64,000 nt of DNA, from positions 51,500 to 115,499 of the forward strand of contig CALWDE010000002.1 in NCBI GenBank assembly GCA_944376605.1. Direction: 5' to 3'. The stretch's first letter is position 1. Each line of letters begins with the position of its first letter. Origin of the DNA: an uncultured Bacilli bacterium (GTDB lineage: Bacteria; Bacillota_I; Bacilli_A; RFN20; CAG-826). This document shows positions 59,054 to 64,000 of this stretch, piece by piece. The position numbers and the translations under genes were made by a program. The notes under the pieces were generated by a model. That model did not search any database, was not told the origin of the DNA, and worked only from the letters and a program-made list of their open reading frames with translations.

Positions 59054-60919
59054 ATGAAAAAACATATTCTAGTGCTCATTCCTGCTCTAACTCTCGCGCT
59101 GGCTTCTTGTACAGGTGAGGGGTTAAGTAGCAGCCTTTCTGATTCCTCCTCTTCCTCCTCTTCTTCGAGTGGTTCCATTTCTTCCTCTTTGCCAGATTCC
59201 CGTCCTTCTTTTAGCACAGTCACAGATTTAATGACTTATGTAGCAGAAGAAGGAGCTGCTTTAGAGGCACAAAGTGCAACCTCTTATCACCGTGATTCTG
59301 TGAATTACGCTTTAGAAATGTATGGTGAAACCACAACGACTATCACGCAAGAGGGAAAAGCTTATGCGAATCAGTCCATGGAATCGAGAGGTCATCAAAA
59401 AGAAGTTTATATCGATTCCGAATATGAACAGTTTAACAAAACTGAGGAAGTTGATTTTAGTTTTGTTGCCACTGTTTTAGATGAATATTTATACCAAGTA
59501 ATCGATTATAGCGATGGCCAAGAAAACGATGTAGCCCGGAAAGATGCTGTAGCAGATATTTTACCAGGTGCAATTCCTACCATGACTGGCACCAATACTA
59601 TGACTTCTTTACTCAGTTTCTATGAAGTATATCTTGCTCCTAGAACGGTGAGCGGATTTGATGATATTTCTCCTGTTCGTAACGACAAGAATGAAGATGA
59701 ATATTCTCATGCAGTTTCTTGGTTTACAGATGGGTATACCTATAGTGCTGAACTTACTCTTACTCTCGATTCACTAGGCCAAGTAACTTCGTTTGACTGT
59801 GTGTATCTATGCACGTATTTAGATAGTACACAGGGTAAGATTACAGTGGAATCTATTAATGAGAATTTCACCTTAACTTATGGTGAGAAAGTAGCGGCAG
59901 AATCGCTTGTCTTAAACCCCTTAGATTATTTCTTGACCGATTATGAGATTCAGCTTGTTTGGTATGACGGAGTTGACGCTACTCATCACGAAGTAGAAGC
60001 GAATGCTTTCCCTTATCTGCGTTATGTTGGGGTAGTGGTGAAAAACCCAGTTCCTGAAAAAGCGCTTGATACGGATTTAAGAATTACTGCATCTTCTAAT
60101 CAAGAGGTTATTTCTATTGAAGATTATGGAACTTCTTCTGTGATTCAGGCTGTTGGAGAAGGGGACACTACTTTAACGGTAATCTCCGAAACAGGTATTC
60201 AAAAAACAATCGACGTTCATGTCACAGTTCCTGAAGTGGAATCCGTTAGCATTAAGATTCATAGCATCCATAAATATGTGGGTGAAAATGCTTCCGTATA
60301 TGTTGATGCAGAACCTGATAATGCCATTTTTGAATATACACTCTCTTCTTCTAGCAATGTGCGTTTAGAGTCTTCTTATAATGCGGAAGGAGAACTTGAG
60401 TACACAGCCCATTTCTTAGAAGCAGGTGAGGCTTATATTGAAGCGTATCTAAAAGGAAGCGACACTCCAATTTCTCGCTATGAATTTACCATTGAAAATC
60501 GTCTTTCCCGTGAAGAAACCATTGAAAACATCTACGGAACTTGGACAGGTGCTTTACCTTCTGAAAATGATAATTCGGTGGTGGTTGAAAACGCTGTGAC
60601 ATTTAACTTCTTACGTGAAGCAGGAAGCACAGATAATTCCTTCAAAGGTAACTTCACGATTAATAGCGAAGATACAGGATTCACTTTTGAAGTAGGAAAA
60701 GCTTATGAATTTGAATGGACAATTGATCCTGCTGTTGAAAACTATAGTACAGTAAGCATTACCTTATCCACCATTACCTTCTCTACTGATGTGATGGAAT
60801 ATGTCTACGACCACAATTCTGTAACCTTTGAACCAACAGGCTTAACTGCCAGAGCGGATTTACAGTCTAGTACTTCCTTCCTTTTCTGGCTCCAAGCGGA
60901 CTTAACAAAAGTAAGCTAA
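59054..60919 (+). CDS. Surface lipoprotein with Ig-like domain
   Basis: Lipobox LALASC, poly-Ser linker, SSNQEVISI...AVGEGDTTLTV Ig-like signature; start set at 59054 after AGGAG. Confidence 0.8.
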   Translation: MKKHILVLIPALTLALASCTGEGLSSSLSDSSSSSSSSSGSISSSLPDSRPSFSTVTDLMTYVAEEGAALEAQSATSYHRDSVNYALEMYGETTTTITQEGKAYANQSMESRGHQKEVYIDSEYEQFNKTEEVDFSFVATVLDEYLYQVIDYSDGQENDVARKDAVADILPGAIPTMTGTNTMTSLLSFYEVYLAPRTVSGFDDISPVRNDKNEDEYSHAVSWFTDGYTYSAELTLTLDSLGQVTSFDCVYLCTYLDSTQGKITVESINENFTLTYGEKVAAESLVLNPLDYFLTDYEIQLVWYDGVDATHHEVEANAFPYLRYVGVVVKNPVPEKALDTDLRITASSNQEVISIEDYGTSSVIQAVGEGDTTLTVISETGIQKTIDVHVTVPEVESVSIKIHSIHKYVGENASVYVDAEPDNAIFEYTLSSSSNVRLESSYNAEGELEYTAHFLEAGEAYIEAYLKGSDTPISRYEFTIENRLSREETIENIYGTWTGALPSENDNSVVVENAVTFNFLREAGSTDNSFKGNFTINSEDTGFTFEVGKAYEFEWTIDPAVENYSTVSITLSTITFSTDVMEYVYDHNSVTFEPTGLTARADLQSSTSFLFWLQADLTKVS

Positions 60920-60941
60920 AGAAAATTCAAAATACAATTTG

Positions 60942-60968
60942 AGCGGTAAGGAAACTTGCCGCTTTTTT
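60942..60968 (+). terminator. Intrinsic terminator
   Basis: AGCGGTAAG-GAAA-CTTGCCGCT followed by a T run. Confidence 0.8.
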
Positions 60969-61001
60969 GTTGGCAAATGAAAAAGTAACTATAATAACAA
61001 T

Positions 61002-61337
61002 ATGAGCATGCAGCAAATACCATACGCAAAAGGACTATTCACTGCTTCTCTTGTTCTTTTCTTACTATTTCTTGTTCTTGGAATTGGTATTTGCTTAGGG
61101 GGAGGCTTAATTCTTCTTTTTCAAGATAATTGGGCTGGGATATTCATTTCCTCGATAGGTACTCCAATATGCGGAGCGCTTCTCTTGCTTCCTTCGGCAA
61201 TCACGAGTCACGTCTTTCTTCATCATAATTCTACTCTCAAAGGAGCAAGAGTGGTTTTTGCGGAAGGGTTTGTCTACTTTGGTTATGTGGTTGGGATTGC
61301 CTCCCTTATCGTGTCGATTTTTTGGTTATTCGTCTAA
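61002..61337 (+). CDS. Small membrane protein (about 3 TM helices)
   Basis: Hydrophobic ORF; TATAAT 6 nt upstream of the ATG. Confidence 0.65.
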   Translation: MSMQQIPYAKGLFTASLVLFLLFLVLGIGICLGGGLILLFQDNWAGIFISSIGTPICGALLLLPSAITSHVFLHHNSTLKGARVVFAEGFVYFGYVVGIASLIVSIFWLFV

Positions 61338-61341
61338 GAGT

Positions 61342-61659
61342 ATGAAAGATATTATTGAGCAAATTAAAGAGAGAATGACCTCTTTAGAGATGGATCAAAA
61401 AACATTATCCGAAAAGACAAAGATTCCTTTTACCACATTAAATCGTTATTTGTCGCATGGGAGTGAACTTCGCTTATCTGCCTTTTTATCTATAGCGAAA
61501 GCGCTAGGAGTAGATCCTTCTACTTTTTTGTGTGAAGAAAAGACGCCGCTTTCTCCTTTCTTAGCTTTAAAAGAAGAAACAGAACGATATTCTCCTGCTT
61601 TAAATCCGATAGAAAAGGCGGAAATTGCAGGGATTTTATTTCAAAATAAAAAGAAATAA
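61342..61659 (+). CDS. XRE-family HTH protein
   Basis: MDQKTLSEKTKIPFTTLNRYL...IAKALGV; start set at ATG 61342. Confidence 0.78.
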   Translation: MKDIIEQIKERMTSLEMDQKTLSEKTKIPFTTLNRYLSHGSELRLSAFLSIAKALGVDPSTFLCEEKTPLSPFLALKEETERYSPALNPIEKAEIAGILFQNKKK

Positions 61660-61694
61660 AAAGGAAGGCTAGATATTTATCTACCTTCCTTTTT
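61658..61694. terminator. Bidirectional terminator
   Basis: AAAAAGGAAGG-C-TAGATA-TT-TATCTA-CCTTCCTTTTT. Confidence 0.7.
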
Positions 61695-61696
61695 GT

Positions 61697-62518
61697 TTAA
61701 AGATCAAGAATTGCTTTTACAGAGTGATCTAAGTAAGTTCCTTGGTAATCCTCGATTTTTCCTTCGTCTACAAGCTTACGAATCTTCTCATCTATTGGAA
61801 GTTCATCGAGAAGTTCGATTTGATATTTTTTGGCAACGTCTTTTGATTTACCTTCTCCAAAAGGATAGATTTTTTCTTGGCAGTGAGGACAAAGTAGATA
61901 GGACATATTTTCCACAAGACCTAATAAGGGAATATCCATCATTTTTGCCATATTAACTGCTTTTTCTACAATAAGTGAAACAAGATCTTGAGGAGAGGTA
62001 ACCATGATTACTCCATTGACAGGAATTTGCTGGAATATGGTCAAAGGAACATCGCCGGTGCCGGGTGGCATATCAATGAGCAAAACATCGATATCACCAT
62101 AGATGACATCCGTAAATAACTGTCCTACAAAGGAAGAAAGCAAAGAGCCTCTCCAGATGATAGGAGTGGCGGGATCATCCACCAAAAGATTTGCTGACAT
62201 CATCTCAATGCCGCCTTTACTAATAGCAGGGAAAATGCCTTGATCAGACCCTTCTGCAACATAGCTTTTAAAGCCAAAGGCTTGTGGGATCGAGGGCCCA
62301 GTCACATCAGCATCTAAAATAGCAACTTTCTTTCCTTTTTGTTTTAAGCTGACGGCAAGTAAACTGGTAACCATAGACTTGCCAACGCCGCCCTTTCCAG
62401 AACATACAGCAATAATTTTTCCAATTTTTGATAAGGAATGCGGTTTTAATTTTTCAATGCGGGAAGCACAGTTTTCAACTGAGCAGCCTTCGCAGTGGTG
62501 ACTACATTCTTCCGCCAT
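61697..62518 (-). CDS. Mrp/ApbC/NBP35 Fe-S cluster carrier ATPase
   Basis: N-terminal Cys cluster, SGKGGVGKS, DADVTGPS, DMPPGTGD, ENMS..CPHC. Confidence 0.92.
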   Translation of the reverse strand: MAEECSHHCEGCSVENCASRIEKLKPHSLSKIGKIIAVCSGKGGVGKSMVTSLLAVSLKQKGKKVAILDADVTGPSIPQAFGFKSYVAEGSDQGIFPAISKGGIEMMSANLLVDDPATPIIWRGSLLSSFVGQLFTDVIYGDIDVLLIDMPPGTGDVPLTIFQQIPVNGVIMVTSPQDLVSLIVEKAVNMAKMMDIPLLGLVENMSYLLCPHCQEKIYPFGEGKSKDVAKKYQIELLDELPIDEKIRKLVDEGKIEDYQGTYLDHSVKAILDL

Positions 62519-62609
62519 AAATTTCTCCTTCTAATTTGTGCCTGCGAATTATAGACCTCTTCTCTTCTTTTTTCCTTATCTCTTGACGAGCCCATTATGA
62601 TTATAGGGT

Positions 62610-63482
62610 ATGTTAGAAGTATTCTTAGATTCACTGCTTGATGCAAGTAAAGTACTGGGACTTGCCTTTTTAGTGTATTTTTTACTTTCTTTTTTCGAAG
62701 GAAAATTAGCGACTTTATTAGAAAAAAAGAAAAAATGGGCACCAGCAATGGGCTCTTTAGCTGGCGCTATTCCGCAGTGCGGGATCCCTGTTGTTGGAAG
62801 CGATTTATTTGCAAAAGCGCATCTTACTGCAGGTACTTTGCTTGCTATCTTTATTTCCTGCAGTGATGAGGCATTCCCCATTTTACTTGGAAACTTTTCA
62901 GGTGACTGGTGGATGGCTTTTGTTCTTATGGGTATTAAGATTGTTTTTGGCGCAATCTTTGGCTATATCCTTGATTTTCTTTTAAAGAAAAATGATGAAG
63001 AGGTAAGTAAACATTTGGAAACTTGCTCCGGAGAAAGGGGACATCACGTAGGTTGCTGCGGACATGAAATTGAAGGAGAAGAACACCATGGCTTTTTACA
63101 CGAACACCTTATTCATCCTCTTATTCATAGTCTAAAGATTTTTGTATACTGTTTTATCATAACTTTTTTATTTGGCATTTTAGTATTTTATGTAGGGGAA
63201 GAGGCTATTGCTTCCTTTTTGGAGGGACAGCGTTACATCACTCCTTTACTCGCGATTCTTATTGGTATGATTCCTAACTGCGCTTCCTCCGTTTTAATTT
63301 CTACTTTGTATGTGGGAGGCGCTTTGCCTTTTGGAGCTTTGCTTGCTGGATTAGTAATGAATGCAGGGCTTGGACCAGTTTATTTGCTAAAAGACAAGAA
63401 AAACTGGAAAAGAATTGGACTTATTTTTCTTTGTCAACTGCTTGCCGCAATTCTTCTTGGATACGCTTTTATTTGGCTATAA
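62610..63482 (+). CDS. Putative metal (Mn) transporter membrane protein
   Basis: PQCG, SDEA and PNCASS motifs with a His/Cys-rich central loop. Confidence 0.7.
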   Translation: MLEVFLDSLLDASKVLGLAFLVYFLLSFFEGKLATLLEKKKKWAPAMGSLAGAIPQCGIPVVGSDLFAKAHLTAGTLLAIFISCSDEAFPILLGNFSGDWWMAFVLMGIKIVFGAIFGYILDFLLKKNDEEVSKHLETCSGERGHHVGCCGHEIEGEEHHGFLHEHLIHPLIHSLKIFVYCFIITFLFGILVFYVGEEAIASFLEGQRYITPLLAILIGMIPNCASSVLISTLYVGGALPFGALLAGLVMNAGLGPVYLLKDKKNWKRIGLIFLCQLLAAILLGYAFIWL

Positions 63483-63550
63483 AAAGAAAAAGATTTTCTT
63501 AATTATGATAAAATCTTCCTAAAGTTTTTGGTCGAATAAAAGGAGCAAAC

Positions 63551-64000
63551 ATGGAGTACGAGCAGGAAACCTTATTTGGTGATGAAACTGTTATCTCTCC
63601 TCACTGCTCGTGTTGTGGTTATGATTTATCAAAGGAACTTTCTAGCGGATTAGAAAATGCTATTTGCCCGATATGCGGTAAGAAAAATCAAATCCGCGCG
63701 GTTAAACATAACGACTGGGATTCTCGGTTAGAGAACGCCATTAAAAGCAGAAATACTTATGATTTTGCTATTGCAAAACAGGAACTAGATAAAGCTATTA
63801 CAGACGCTAAGTCAATTTTAGAAACATATGAAAACAGCAAAAATAATGCCTTTTTGCAGATTTATTTAGCAAATTTCTATTTTCAAAGGGCTCTTACTCA
63901 TTATGGTGTTTCTTTTGTCAAAGCATCCTCTTTACGCAAGAACACTTTTCACCAGTGGGAAGAAAAGTATTTTGAATTTCATAAAATACCTTTTGTGTGT
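63551..64000 (+). CDS. Partial Zn-ribbon plus TPR-like protein, runs off the window (not in ORF track)
   Basis: AGGAG SD, ATG 63551, CSCCG...CPICG, helical region ending RALTHYGVSFVK; frame open to 64000. Confidence 0.75.
   Translation, partial: MEYEQETLFGDETVISPHCSCCGYDLSKELSSGLENAICPICGKKNQIRAVKHNDWDSRLENAIKSRNTYDFAIAKQELDKAITDAKSILETYENSKNNAFLQIYLANFYFQRALTHYGVSFVKASSLRKNTFHQWEEKYFEFHKIPFVC

Noticed and set aside
1-64000. CRISPR array, cas genes, IS transposase, integrase, reverse transcriptase, rRNA
   Set aside because: No regularly spaced repeats in the intergenic regions and no matching protein motifs were seen by eye

Overview
AT-rich bacterial chromosome segment that looks like a Firmicute/Bacilli lineage (inference), using genetic code 11. 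From left to right: (1) a housekeeping and sugar block (secreted protein, MFS transporter, Zn-PLC-like protein, cls, galM, malQ, rimO, nucleoside hydrolase). (2) tRNA-Thr(GGT) followed by a ~9.7-kb higher-GC island bounded by a 21-bp direct repeat (10039-10059 / 19781-19801) with no integrase. The island carries an XRE membrane regulator, a 150-aa unknown protein, a structured switch-like leader RNA, a ~1780-aa GT-GT-kinase-methyltransferase-GT-GT-SLOG fusion, a PHP phosphoesterase, a short UDP-sugar dehydrogenase and an AP2-domain pseudogene. (3) A ~15-kb defence-like cluster: WYL-like/SF1 helicase/DUF2726, DUF2075 plus MazG-like gene with TGA at a conserved Trp, SWIM plus SNF2, DUF3578-DUF3883, and AAA ATPase plus RloB-like protein. 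(4) A ~20-kb glycan-utilisation locus: pgmB, a surface protein, DeoR, four paralogues of an unrecognised family, an SGNH esterase, GH65, an ABC importer, rhaBAD and an ABC ATPase. It plausibly degrades a glucose-rhamnose polymer. (5) Miscellaneous genes (CBS, MFS, XRE, a small peptide, tag, Ig-like lipoprotein, Mrp/ApbC, putative metal transporter, partial Zn-ribbon/TPR protein). No CRISPR array, rRNA or transposase was seen. All family calls are from motif recognition by eye, with no database searches. The strongest candidates for undescribed systems are the tRNA-island glycosylation megaprotein with its RNA/protein switch and the rhamnose-glucose locus with its four-member unknown enzyme family.
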